DNA of 64,000 nucleotides from Alphaproteobacteria bacterium (lineage in GTDB: Bacteria > Pseudomonadota > Alphaproteobacteria > Micavibrionales > UBA2020): contig DAOMYX010000008.1 in the NCBI GenBank assembly GCA_035437825.1, positions 730 through 64,729 of the forward strand. Reading direction: 5' to 3'. Made by a program: the position numbers and the translations under genes. The notes beneath the pieces were generated by a model that made no database searches, was not told the origin of the DNA, and saw only the letters and a program-made list of their open reading frames with translations. How positions within the stretch are numbered: position 1 is the stretch's first letter; every line of letters starts with the position of its first letter. Shown here piece after piece: positions 1 through 11,916 of the stretch.

Positions 1-1751
1 GCCGCAAGGACGGGCTTGGAGAGGGTGCGGTTATCCTGCTGGCGTAGGGTGGAGGTGAAGACCTTCTCATCCAGCCTGCGCTCCGGCGGCGGCACCTGAA
101 CGCGGACAGGCCAGCGCGGCAGGCCATTCAGGTTATAGCTCATATTCATGACAATGGAATGGAAGGTCTTGTTGGTCTCTATCCTGCGCTGTTCTTCTTC
201 GCGTTTATGCTGCAACTCTGCATAAATGCGAATAGCTTGATAAAGCTCCGCCTGCTTGCGCTCCACCTCTTTGGCCGCTTCTTTGGATTTGACGGCCTGC
301 TTTTCCTTCTCGATCGCTTTGATGTGCAGGGTTTCGAGGGTTTTCTCGATTATGCGGCGCAGGCGGGCTTTGGCCTCATCGGAGAGTAAATGACTTTCAA
401 GCGAGACTTGCAGCTGGTGAATATCGCCGGACAGAAGCGCGATCTTGGTTTCGACCTGCGCCATTTGTTCGGCCAGCTGCAGCGGTTTTGGCGTGGCCGC
501 ATGCTGCACGATATGCGGCGGCTCCGCCCCTGCCGAGACGCAGGCCGCAAGCTCGCGCCGCAGGCGCAGGTTTTCCTGCGTTTCTTCTTCGCGGTAAAAA
601 CGGAGGGTCTGTTCAAGTCCCTGCCGTTCCTTGAGCTGGGCGCGTATCAGGGTATGGAGTTCCTTGCGATCGCGGGATAGGCAGGCTTGCACCTCCGCCG
701 CATTGGCGCGGCGTTTGCGTTCATGTTCGCCCGTGGCACGTTCCCATAGGCCGCGCGTTCCCGCCGCGAAACGGCTGAGGCGCAGGCGGGTTTCTGTGAT
801 GCGGCGGGTGTTTTGTGTGTCGATGAGCGCTTGCCGCTCAATACGCTGCTGGCGCACCAGCTCGCGCAGCTCCCGCACCAGCGGCAGGCGCTTTTGCGAG
901 GCTTGTTTTTTGATGGATTGTTCATAGCGGCGCAGGTTCTCGGTCATGCGCTCCGCGATAAAGCTGCGGGCTTGTTCGGCGGTCGGCAGGTTTTCCGGTG
1001 CGCCCAGCCTTGCGGCGAGTTCTTTCGGTTTGACCGCGATCCAGCGGCTCAGGGAATAGACCTTGCCGTTCAAATCCACCGCGACAAAGCCGCGCCGGTC
1101 GCCCTGCGCCAGCAAAAACCCGTGCGCCTCAAGCGCGGATACGAAGGCCGCTTTGGAATCCGATTGCACCCACAGCGCCTTGAACAGGCCTTTGAGCGCC
1201 TGCGCATCCTCGGATAATCGCACGGCCTGACGGTATTCCTCCCGCGAGAGCGCAAAGGGGTTTTTATCTTCTTTGCGGCGCATACCGGCGGGGAGTTTCC
1301 AACCGTTTTTCAGAAACAGGATATAGGAAATCTCCTGAAGCTTGCGCTTGAAGTGGTTCATGGGAATGGCGACCATGCGCCCGAGAGTGTGTCTGGACAC
1401 GGCCAGCCGCGACCAGACCACATGGCAGTGGCGGCGGCCTTTCTTTTCATGAAAGACGATGATGCGGGGCTGATCGACAAGTTTCAGCCTGCGCTCGATT
1501 TGTTCAATCGCGGCCTCGAAACCCTCTATCGGCACATCGGCCTCTTCAGGCGGGTTTAAGGATATGGCGAACAAATATTGCTTGCAGCGCGTGCCTTTGC
1601 TGATCGCCGCAATCTCCAGAAGGGCTTCAGTCAGGTCATGGGTGGCAAAGCCCCTCACCTCATGCACGGTCACATGGTCATTTTCGGTGGTATTGAGCAG
1701 GTGTTTTGCCAGCTCGGCGGCGTTGGCGCGTTGGCTGGCGTAGAAGATCAT
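1..1751 (-). CDS. Relaxase/mobilization nuclease (MobA/VirD2 family), partial; C-terminus lies beyond the window start
   Basis: Absent from the ORF track because there is no stop in the window. Hand translation from the ATG at 1751-1749 gives MIFYASQRANAAELAKHLLNTTENDHVTVHEVRGF...QYLFAISLNPPEE...IIVFHEKKGRRHCHVVWSRL (His-cluster motif). A long Arg/Glu/Gln-rich helical region then stays open to position 1. The start overlaps the mobC stop (ATGA). Confidence 0.8.
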   Translation of the reverse strand, partial: MIFYASQRANAAELAKHLLNTTENDHVTVHEVRGFATHDLTEALLEIAAISKGTRCKQYLFAISLNPPEEADVPIEGFEAAIEQIERRLKLVDQPRIIVFHEKKGRRHCHVVWSRLAVSRHTLGRMVAIPMNHFKRKLQEISYILFLKNGWKLPAGMRRKEDKNPFALSREEYRQAVRLSEDAQALKGLFKALWVQSDSKAAFVSALEAHGFLLAQGDRRGFVAVDLNGKVYSLSRWIAVKPKELAARLGAPENLPTAEQARSFIAERMTENLRRYEQSIKKQASQKRLPLVRELRELVRQQRIERQALIDTQNTRRITETRLRLSRFAAGTRGLWERATGEHERKRRANAAEVQACLSRDRKELHTLIRAQLKERQGLEQTLRFYREEETQENLRLRRELAACVSAGAEPPHIVQHAATPKPLQLAEQMAQVETKIALLSGDIHQLQVSLESHLLSDEAKARLRRIIEKTLETLHIKAIEKEKQAVKSKEAAKEVERKQAELYQAIRIYAELQHKREEEQRRIETNKTFHSIVMNMSYNLNGLPRWPVRVQVPPPERRLDEKVFTSTLRQQDNRTLSKPVLA

Positions 1752-2206
1752 GATGCTGCCTCGGGCGGTTCCGGTACGGTCTCTCTCCCCTTTTGTGGCA
1801 AGGGTTTGAGGTCTTTGCCGCCGCCCATACCGAGCGCCTGCATCAGCCAGCCGCGCATCTCGCGCACGTCCAGAAGTGCCTGTTCAAGGTCTTTTTGCTG
1901 GTTTGGCGAGAGGGACAGACTACCTTCCTGCAGGGCACGGACGAGCTGATAGAGATTGCCCGCCATCCGGCTATTGCCGAGCATGGCCAGCGCCATCCCC
2001 AAAGCCTCGGCATCCTGAACCGGACGCCGGAACACGCGCTGGCGGGTATCGGGAGTATCGAACAGGCGGGTGCGGACGTAATCGCTGAGCGGCAGTGGCC
2101 CCGCTTCGCTAGCCAGCCGCGCCCGCTCATCCGTTGTAAAGCGGATCGAAAACGGCGGCGCGTAACGCTTGCGCGGTTTTTGAGGCCTCTTGTCCTCTCC
2201 GGTCAT
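1748..2206 (-). CDS. mobC: Mobilization relaxosome accessory protein MobC
   Basis: 152 aa. It has a ribbon-helix-helix-like stretch (FSIRFTTDERARLASEA...SDYVRTRL) and the MobC-type motif LGNSRMAGNLYQLVRAL. It is translationally coupled to the relaxase. Confidence 0.75.
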   Translation of the reverse strand: MTGEDKRPQKPRKRYAPPFSIRFTTDERARLASEAGPLPLSDYVRTRLFDTPDTRQRVFRRPVQDAEALGMALAMLGNSRMAGNLYQLVRALQEGSLSLSPNQQKDLEQALLDVREMRGWLMQALGMGGGKDLKPLPQKGRETVPEPPEAAS

Positions 2207-2757
2207 GCATCCCCCAAAACCCGGATATCAAGGCGTAAAAATATGCTCTTCCAAACGCCCCTCAGCGTATGAAAGCAAAACAACAATCAAAATGCTTTTC
2301 CTGCTTATCTTATGATTTTATCGGGTGTTCATTAAGAGCGTGTTAATCTGCAAAGACAGCCGCTGCATCGCAAGCCTCAAGAGCTGCCCGTGTACAGGCT
2401 CTGCCCGCACATCTCTCTGTCTCCGCCCCTTGCCTTAACAAATTGAATCCGCTATTGCTTTTATATCTGAAGAGAACGGCCAAATCCGTTTGAATGCCTC
2501 GGCATATTGCCGCAAAAGCCAGCACAGAAAAATTTTAAGACAGCGCCCGCGCCTTGTGCAGATGACAAGGTGTGCATTGTCGTACAAAAATCGCTCTACG
2601 ATTCGCTTTTCGCCCTCCAATGCCGACCTTGGCAAGGGAAGGAAATGCCTCCACCAAAGGCGGACTGTTTTCCCTCCCGTTGCATCCCTCCCTGTAAGCG
2701 GGGCGCGCATCCCCAATTCGGCGCTTATCCGCGCCACATTCCCCCACAAGGCAGGAA

Positions 2758-2793
2758 GGGGCACATTGTGCCCCCTCCCGATATTATCCTCTG
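2758..2793. other. Candidate oriT core: perfect palindrome GGGGCACA-T-TGTGCCCC followed 9 nt later by TTATCCTCTG (nic-like)
   Basis: The palindrome is at 2758-2774. The ATCCTC motif at 2786-2791 differs by one base from the ATCCTG core of RP4/Ti-type nic sites. It lies in the non-coding gap upstream of mobC. Confidence 0.25.
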
Positions 2794-3247
2794 TATAACA
2801 TCTTTCCACCCCGTGAGAGGTAATGCCGCAGAGAATCCTTCTCTGCCTGTTTACCCCTCCAAACACTCACTGCTGTTTTCCTCCCCGTTTTTAGTATCAC
2901 GTAAATATGCGGGGGCATTTGCGTGATAGGCGCAGAAGCATGGTCTGCGCTACGGATACACCTTACGTATATCCGCACAAGCATGGACGGAACGATGTGA
3001 GTAATATTATTACCCTGATATGTGTTAGGCACATATCAACAGACCCATCACCATTCTCATGCATGAAGACAAGTCCGTCGCATAGGACGCCATCGCCGGA
3101 AGTATCTCTTTCGCTATAACAAACAAGGGAAGGTAAAAAGCAAAAGCCACGCCCAAGGTCAATGCTAACGTGACTTTCCGATACTATTCCGACGATTGTA
3201 TAGATTAGATTAGGCTATATTGCTCAACCTGTCCGCACCAAAATCAC

Positions 3248-4123
3248 TCACGAACACTTTTTATACTCAAACTCTAGGGTGGAGTGCTCTATCTCAAACT
3301 GATCGTGTAGCAACTTTTTAAGACGGCTCTTAAGGGCATCCATGTCAATATCTTCCCTCAATACTACATGAGCCTCTAAAGCATTGCGGTGTTCATCCAA
3401 TTGCCAAGCATGGACATGATGGACATTGATCACGCCTTTTTCATTTTCCATTGCGGCAACAACGTTTTTAATATCCAAGCCTTCAGGCGTCCCCTCCATC
3501 AGAAGATGAATGACTTTTGGTATTGCAGTGAAGCCTTGATAGAGTACATATCCTGATATCATAAGAGTCATGGCAGCATCTGTCCAAATCCAGCCATATA
3601 GCAGGATAAGCGTCCCAGCGATAATAACACCAACCGATGCAAGCGCATCTGTCAGGTTGTGTAAAAATGCAGCCTTGATATTCATACTGGTTTTCGACTG
3701 ACTATAAGTCAAAAGCGCTGTGAAAATATCGACGACCAGAGCAATAGCGGCTACAATAACAATCGTCCATCCAGCAATCGGCTCAGGCGTTATGAAACGC
3801 ATGATCGCCTCATAGCAAAGATACAGCCCAATAATGATTAAAGTAGTCAAATTGATGAGTGCCGCTATGGTTTCAGCACGTTTATAGCCGAAGGTTTTAA
3901 ACTGATCCGGAGGTTTACGGCCTATGCGAATAGCCACCAAAGCGATAAGTAACGAGGCCGCATCACTAAAATTATGCAGCGCATCGGCGATCAGCGATAA
4001 ACTGCCTGAAACAATGCCTCCTATGATCTGTGCAAGGGTAAGCAGAATATTTGCGGCTACAGCCCACCATAAGCGTTTTTCGCCTATTTCAGATGGATCT
4101 CCATGTGAATGCCCGTGACCCAT
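3248..4123 (-). CDS. czcD: Cation diffusion facilitator (CzcD/ZitB-like Zn/Co/Cd efflux)
   Basis: 291 aa. The N-terminus is His-rich (MGHGHSHG). CDF motifs are present (SLSLIADALHNFSDA, LHNLTDALASVG). It has six TM helices plus a cytoplasmic C-terminal domain. Confidence 0.9.
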   Translation of the reverse strand: MGHGHSHGDPSEIGEKRLWWAVAANILLTLAQIIGGIVSGSLSLIADALHNFSDAASLLIALVAIRIGRKPPDQFKTFGYKRAETIAALINLTTLIIIGLYLCYEAIMRFITPEPIAGWTIVIVAAIALVVDIFTALLTYSQSKTSMNIKAAFLHNLTDALASVGVIIAGTLILLYGWIWTDAAMTLMISGYVLYQGFTAIPKVIHLLMEGTPEGLDIKNVVAAMENEKGVINVHHVHAWQLDEHRNALEAHVVLREDIDMDALKSRLKKLLHDQFEIEHSTLEFEYKKCS

Positions 4124-4125
4124 AT

Positions 4126-4749
4126 TTATTTTCCTTTTTTAAGCTCAGACAAAGCTTGTCGTGCAATTTTGACCGATGAGTGCATGAACAATCCGGCAAT
4201 AATGAAAGCGACAATAATATCTGGCCACACTGTACCGCTGGCAAAAACTCCAGCTCCAGCCATAATAACAGCAACATTGCCAATCGCATCGTTGCGACTA
4301 CAAAGCCAAACTGAACGAATATTGGAATCACCTTCACGGTATTTCAGCAAAAGCAGGACACTCACCATATTGGCTAACAGCGCCAGAAAGCCTATCGTTC
4401 CCATCGTCAATGGCTCCGGCTCACCAATGGAAACAACACGGTAGAGGGTAAAACCCAGAACAAACAGTGCCATTGCGCCCAAGCTCAAGCCTTTAAGCAG
4501 CGCCACCATTGCCCTTGTTTTTAAAGATTCTCCGATCACCAGAAGCGTTATCCCATAGGTGACGGTGTCTCCAAGAAAATCAAGCGCATCAGCTTTTAGC
4601 GCCGTTGAGTCGGCCAAAAATCCTGCGGTAACTTCAACCAGAAACATGAGACCGTTAATCGCAACTACCACCCATAAAATTTTCTTATAAGTATCCGAAA
4701 GCCCCTCAAAAGTCTGACTACTGCATGAATCTCCACAATTATCGGCCAC
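4126..4749 (-). CDS. CDF-family cation transporter consisting of the membrane domain only
   Basis: 207 aa with a GTG start. CDF-like TM motifs are present ([21 protein letters not shown]), but the protein ends right after TM6. The N-terminus is Cys-rich (DNCGDSCSS). Its stop is 2 nt before the czcD start. Confidence 0.8.
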   Translation of the reverse strand: MADNCGDSCSSQTFEGLSDTYKKILWVVVAINGLMFLVEVTAGFLADSTALKADALDFLGDTVTYGITLLVIGESLKTRAMVALLKGLSLGAMALFVLGFTLYRVVSIGEPEPLTMGTIGFLALLANMVSVLLLLKYREGDSNIRSVWLCSRNDAIGNVAVIMAGAGVFASGTVWPDIIVAFIIAGLFMHSSVKIARQALSELKKGK

Positions 4750-4950
4750 TATTTTTCTCCTTTAAATCTTTAAGCTTTGGCGTTTTGAAAAACTCATAAA
4801 ACATGAGCAGCGTTACACCGTTGACAATGGCGCTGTCTGTCAGTTTAAAAGCAGGCCAATGATAGCCATAGACATGAAAATCCAGAATGTCGATCACATA
4901 ACTGTAAGCCCACAGCTCAAACGTATAGCTTTCGTTATATGTTTTCTTCT
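4739..4950 (-). pseudogene. lspA: 3-prime remnant of lipoprotein signal peptidase II (lspA)
   Basis: The open frame has no start codon and is bounded by TAG (4951-4953) and TAA (4739-4741). It translates to ...[45 protein letters not shown]... This parallels the LspA C-terminus (E. coli ...[32 protein letters not shown]...). Confidence 0.6.
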
Positions 4951-4964
4951 TCTATAGAGGTTGG

Positions 4965-8135
<3,171 letters not shown>

Positions 8136-9236
8136 TTAATGTTCGTGCGCCGCGCCGGATTTCAGAATATCGGCTTTGATGATGAAACTGTTCTCGCTGA
8201 CATAGTCCTGCCCTGCTTCAAGACCGCTCAGGATTTCAACATACGCGCCATCTGAAACGCCCGTTGTGACAGGCTTCATTTCATAGCTGTCACCTTCTTT
8301 TACAAAGACCACCGTTTGATTTTCCATTGTCTGTAAGGCAGAGGTGCGTACAGCAAGCGGAACCTGCTTTTCAGAAACGCTTACATCACCCTCAACCGTC
8401 ATACCGGGTCGCCACTTTCCCTTATCATTGGCAAGAGGTGCAATCGCAACGAGCGTCTGGCTTAGGACATCGGCAGTTGGGAAGAGCATTTCGATTTTAG
8501 CATTGTCCTCTTTCCCATCATCCAGCGTATGAACGCGCACGCCCTGACCGGCGGCGACCATATCTGCATCTTTGGGGAAAACGTGAAACTTTGCCCAGAC
8601 TTCTGATAAATCGACAATAATGAATAACGGCTCACCACCAGCAACATCGCCAATATTGGTGTTTCTCTCCAAAATAACGCCGCTAATGGGTGCTGTGACC
8701 TTGTAATCCCGCAAGCTCTCATTCGCTTCCACAACGGCCAGAACCTGACCTTTTTCAACAGTTTCGCCAAGATTAACGCCAACACTGCGAACAATACCCG
8801 CAAAGCGCGCCCTGACATCGGCTTTGGTGTTTTGATTGATCGTGATGCGACCTGTTAACGGTATCAGCTTTGCGATTGTGGCAGGGGCACTTTTCTCTAT
8901 TTTGATACCTGCAGCTTGAGCGGCATCTGGCGCAATCTCAGTTTTTCCCTCTTCATGCTCGCCATGTTCGTCACCATGTTCACCTCCATGACCATGATCG
9001 TCATGCTCGTCTTTTTGTTCGTGACTTTCGTGGCCGTGGTCATCATGGTCGTCCGCTTTTTCGCCATGGTCGTTATGTTCGTCGCCATCATCATGCGCAT
9101 GGCCTTCGGCCTCATCATGCGTTTCGTGGGATTCTCCATGAGCGTGACCATCCGGCTCCTGCGCATAGGCAGGCATAATTGTAACAGGTGCTACCAACCA
9201 CATAAGAAGCGCAGCCATCAGAATTGGGGATTTCAT
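8136..9236 (-). CDS. czcB: Membrane fusion protein of the HME-RND system (CzcB family) with a long His/Asp/Glu-rich N-terminal region
   Basis: 366 aa. It has a signal peptide, then ~70 residues rich in H/D/E, then lipoyl/beta-barrel MFP motifs. Its start overlaps the czcC stop. Confidence 0.9.
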   Translation of the reverse strand: MKSPILMAALLMWLVAPVTIMPAYAQEPDGHAHGESHETHDEAEGHAHDDGDEHNDHGEKADDHDDHGHESHEQKDEHDDHGHGGEHGDEHGEHEEGKTEIAPDAAQAAGIKIEKSAPATIAKLIPLTGRITINQNTKADVRARFAGIVRSVGVNLGETVEKGQVLAVVEANESLRDYKVTAPISGVILERNTNIGDVAGGEPLFIIVDLSEVWAKFHVFPKDADMVAAGQGVRVHTLDDGKEDNAKIEMLFPTADVLSQTLVAIAPLANDKGKWRPGMTVEGDVSVSEKQVPLAVRTSALQTMENQTVVFVKEGDSYEMKPVTTGVSDGAYVEILSGLEAGQDYVSENSFIIKADILKSGAAHEH

Positions 9237-10507
9237 TTCGCATCTCCTTGGATCATATTTTGTATAAGGGGTTCATAAACATTCATAAGAAAATCTGTTT
9301 GTGCCTTGGCTTCATAAAGGGACAAAAGACTGTTCAGCCTTGCTTCCTGCACTTCATATAAAGTGCGCTGCGCATCGAGCAGATCAAGGAATGAGAATCG
9401 CCCAGCGCTGTAACCATCTGATGCTTGCGCGTAAGCGCGCTCGGCACTTGGCACCATATCGCTCTGATAGGCCTCAGCCTCTTTATGAGCGGCAGCCAGC
9501 TTTTCCCATGCCGCAATGGCGCTTGCGGTGAGGGTTAAATCCTGCTGGCGCGCCGTGGCATCGGCCTCTACGATTCCCGCCTTGGCTGCTTTGACAGACC
9601 CTTGGTTGCGGTTAAACACAGGCAAGGGAAAGGAAACACCTGCAATCAAAGCTGTGCTGTCATTTTCATTGAAGCGACGAACGCCCAAACCAAAGGTTGG
9701 GTTTGGAACGCCCTGCGCCTTTGCCAGATCAAGCTGGCTTGTGGCGCGCATTTTGGCAAATTCAGCGGCACGCGCTTGCGGCGTGTTTCTGACTGCGTCC
9801 AATAAAGTGGCGCGATTGGGAAGATCTGGTAATGTCCCAAGTCCGGCCTGCACCAGCATATCGCCCCCGCTTATTGAAGGCGCACCCAAAAGCGAAGCCA
9901 GAACGCTTTGCGCTTCTGCCAATTCTGCCTCGGCCTTGTTTTTCTCTAATTTTGCGGCGGATTGCTCGATATCGGCTTTGGTATGTTGAATGTCGGATGC
10001 CGCCGCCGCGCTGACCCGCTTTTTCACGGTTTCATGCGTTTTATCGGCCAGCGATAACCTTTTCTCTGCAAGCGCAAGGCGTTCCTTTGCAATAGCCACA
10101 CGCATAAAGGCATATTCCGTTTCGGCCAATAAACTTAAAGCTTCCGCGATTGCCTGTTGCCGGGTAATTTGAATGCCGTAATCGGCGATCTTGGTACGCT
10201 TTCCACGCTTTCCGGCAATCTCGATTTCCTGCTGTAAACCGAGCGTTATTTCAGCGCCGCCAAAACCTTCCTGTTCATCCGTGCCGCCGAAATTTTCAAG
10301 CTCCAGCATTGCTTGCGGATTGGGCATGAAGGATGCCTGCAGACGCTCTCCTTCTGCGCCCTCAATACGCGCCAAGGCCGCGACCAGCCGGGGGTTATTT
10401 TTAAGAGCCAGCGACAACGCAGCTTCTTTATCAAGCGGCTCAGCAAACGCCGTTGGTATAAACGACAGCGATAATGCGAGCGCAGCTATTCCTACCCATA
10501 GTTTCAT
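9233..10507 (-). CDS. czcC: Outer-membrane factor (TolC/CzcC family)
   Basis: I prefer the start at the ATG at 10507 (MKLWVGIAALALSLS..., AAGGA RBS upstream) over the track start at 10537. The track start would overlap a terminator hairpin. Confidence 0.9.
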   Translation of the reverse strand: MKLWVGIAALALSLSFIPTAFAEPLDKEAALSLALKNNPRLVAALARIEGAEGERLQASFMPNPQAMLELENFGGTDEQEGFGGAEITLGLQQEIEIAGKRGKRTKIADYGIQITRQQAIAEALSLLAETEYAFMRVAIAKERLALAEKRLSLADKTHETVKKRVSAAAASDIQHTKADIEQSAAKLEKNKAEAELAEAQSVLASLLGAPSISGGDMLVQAGLGTLPDLPNRATLLDAVRNTPQARAAEFAKMRATSQLDLAKAQGVPNPTFGLGVRRFNENDSTALIAGVSFPLPVFNRNQGSVKAAKAGIVEADATARQQDLTLTASAIAAWEKLAAAHKEAEAYQSDMVPSAERAYAQASDGYSAGRFSFLDLLDAQRTLYEVQEARLNSLLSLYEAKAQTDFLMNVYEPLIQNMIQGDAK

Positions 10508-10537
10508 CTTTTTTCCTTTGATTTTTATTGAAAGCAC

Positions 10538-10566
10538 AAAAAAACCGCATGAAATTCATGCAGTTT
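10538..10566 (-). terminator. Intrinsic terminator between the small Cys-rich gene and czcC
   Basis: The minus strand reads ACTGCATGA-ATT-TCATGCGGT (9 bp including one G-U), followed by TTTTTTT. Confidence 0.55.
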
Positions 10567-10632
10567 AGGGGGCACAGGTCATAGGTCTCGCGAACGCTTA
10601 GCCTTTAAGCGGACGCACTACGCCTGTGAATA

Positions 10633-10968
10633 TTAAGCTTTGGGGGGACGCTTAAGACCGTAAATAAGGTCGGAAATATAGCTTTTCTGCTCATCAAAGG
10701 CGCGCTGATCCTTGCCTAAAACTTTCAAGGAAAAAGCATCGTGAACAAGCGATGACATGTGAGAATGGCCACAATGCATACCGCACCCGCCACAAGCCAT
10801 ATCGCAACAATTATTAGGAGAAGCGTCATCAACAGGCGCATTATCCAAATGCTGGGACACGCACATTTCTGATGAGGTCTTGTTACATATTGTTTCGGCA
10901 TACGCAAAGCTGGCCGTCAAAGAGACGAGCAAAGCAAGAACAGAAAATAGAATCATAAAATTGCGCAT
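10633..10968 (-). CDS. Small secreted Cys/His-rich protein, paralogue of 14660-15049
   Basis: It has a signal peptide (MRNFMILFSVLALLVSLTASFAYA), the motif NNCCDMACGGCGMHCGHSH and a C-terminal LKRPPKA. The start at the internal Met is chosen because of the signal peptide. Confidence 0.6.
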   Translation of the reverse strand: MRNFMILFSVLALLVSLTASFAYAETICNKTSSEMCVSQHLDNAPVDDASPNNCCDMACGGCGMHCGHSHMSSLVHDAFSLKVLGKDQRAFDEQKSYISDLIYGLKRPPKA

Positions 10969-11379
10969 TTTTTGAAAATAGCAGTATCGTAATTTAAAAT
11001 CAATTCTTAGGTTGCCTATATCCATATTGCGCCGCCAGCAATAATTTAAGAACTTCCATGCCTTTAATTTTGTTTAGTTAGTTTTTTTTAATATATTTGC
11101 TCCATCCGCACCCATCCTATAGAAGCGGCAACACCTCACGCATACCTGTAGTCGCTAGGCATTTGCCGACATGGATATCCCCTTCCCGCTGCAACCAGCA
11201 CACTCTCACGACATCTATTATACGTTTTCTATATTTTCCGTTCTGTGCATTAGCTGCCTATCCGAATAGAATGTATTTAAAAAATTTGTTAGAGGCTCAA
11301 GGCTTTAGCATTAAACTATGCAATCTATATTTTGGAGGGATAACGCAGTTAATTGTATTACAAAAGACCGCCTCTGATA

Positions 11380-11625
11380 CTAGCCCAGCATTAGCCCCAA
11401 CAAAAAAGCGATAACGATTAAAATCAAAGCCGCTCCATTAATCCAGAAATTCTGATTGGGCACCTGCCATAAAACAGGCTTGTTTGTAACTTCCCTATCG
11501 GTAAAAGTGCCTTTTTCGTTATGCAGTCCTTCAACAGGACTAAACAAATTGCTTTTGTGGCTAGGGGCAGGCGCTTGATCTGTAAATTGCCCTTCCCATG
11601 CCTGCTTCGCCATGTAACAATCCAA
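11380..11625 (-). CDS. Hypothetical small tail-anchored membrane protein
   Basis: 81 aa with a single C-terminal TM (WINGAALILIVIAFLLGLMLG). It overlaps the end of the ATPase remnant and I recognise no family. Confidence 0.3.
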   Translation of the reverse strand: MDCYMAKQAWEGQFTDQAPAPSHKSNLFSPVEGLHNEKGTFTDREVTNKPVLWQVPNQNFWINGAALILIVIAFLLGLMLG

Positions 11626-11901
11626 CAGGCTAGGAAAAAGCTTAATCGCATCGTCACCACTGCAATAATAAGCGAGAGTAAAAAAATGTTAAAAAAATAC
11701 ATGCTGCAGCGGATACGCCTGCCGCATTATAAACAAAAGCAAAAACAAGTTTTGCCGGATATTGTGCATAGTGACAACAGCCGAAAGCGTTGCAGACGAT
11801 ACTTGGAAGATAGCCGTTAAGTAGAGTTACGCCAGCGATTTCATAACTACATCTGTTCCTACTCCCATCGCAAGCACTACGGCATCTAATATCTCATCTC
11901 C
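11610..11901 (-). pseudogene. Decayed 3-prime remnant of a second P1B-type ATPase
   Basis: Minus-strand translation gives [62 protein letters not shown]. After a frame change it continues YFFNIFLLSLIIAVVTMRLSF. This parallels the last ~100 residues of the intact ATPase next door, but with an in-frame stop and a frameshift. Confidence 0.6.
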
Positions 11902-11916
11902 TTTTGTAAATGTTAC

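Noticed and set aside
1240-1270. Apparent frameshift in the relaxase near the AAAAACCCC run
   Set aside because: This came from my own mis-phased first translation. Careful codon-by-codon re-translation from 1751 gives ...RRKEDKNPFALSREEYRQAVRLSEDAQ... with no interruption down to position 1.
2435-2926. Track ORFs 2435-2866 (-) and 2507-2926 (+) in the mobC-czcD gap
   Set aside because: They overlap each other on opposite strands, lack an RBS, and have Pro/Arg/Cys-rich implausible sequences. I treat the region as non-coding.
11424-11702. A 92-aa track ORF as a real gene
   Set aside because: Its N-terminal part (YFFNIFLLSLIIAVVTMRLSF) is the displaced last TM helix of the decayed ATPase remnant. 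The rest is read-through.
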